Of a stretch of DNA of 64,000 bases, positions 63,909 through 64,000 are shown piece by piece; position 1 is the stretch's first letter, and every line of letters begins with the position of its first letter. Under the pieces are notes generated by a model, which saw only the letters and a list, made by a program, of their open reading frames with translations, was not told the DNA's origin and did not search any database. Source of the DNA: Magallana gigas (lineage: Eukaryota); contig NC_088860.1 of NCBI RefSeq assembly GCF_963853765.1, forward strand, positions 41,168,001 through 41,232,000. Direction: 5' to 3'. Both the position numbers and the translations under genes were made by a program.

Positions 63909-63988
63909 CTTAACATTCCCTGCACCTTGCTCAATGGCATTTAATAAGTCATCTAACTCCTCATCATCACCTGCCATTTTCTCAGGTT
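63909..63988 (-). CDS. RRP12: RRP12-like protein exon; gene continues beyond the window
   Basis: PEKMAGDDEELDDLLNAIEQGAGNVK with AG/GT bounds. Confidence 0.8.
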
Positions 63989-64000
63989 CTGCAATAAAAT

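Overview
AT-rich, intron-containing animal DNA, most likely an oyster (Crassostrea/Magallana-like, inferred from Cg170-type satellite monomers inside a pearl/Helentron-like element and from the bivalve-expanded TRIM-NHL family). Four parts. (1) 1-18.3 kb: an A-B-A-B tandem array of NHL beta-propeller cassettes, partly pseudogenised and full of MITEs. (2) 14.8-28.0 kb: a large inverted duplication whose spacer holds an internally deleted, integrase-only BEL/Pao LTR element (21171-24573) with two LTRs and a CCCCG target-site duplication. (3) 28.0-37.9 kb: an island with four exons of an SLC24/NCKX exchanger that stops mid-gene at a junction. (4) 37.9-56.2 kb: a 16.2-kb palindrome built only from BEL/Pao sequence of two variants, running into an intact 1954-aa gag-pol ORF and 3' LTR, followed by nested TE relics and the last four exons of RRP12. 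The best candidate for new biology: this BEL/Pao element has no tRNA-type primer-binding site. The 8 nt directly after the LTR (GTAAATTG) are instead complementary to CAATTTAC at the predicted transcription start, the geometry of Tf1-type self-priming. The junctions (2-7 bp microhomology, templated inserts, one exact LTR-end joint) are read directly from the sequence. Whether the palindromes exist in vivo or are amplification/assembly products cannot be decided from sequence alone.
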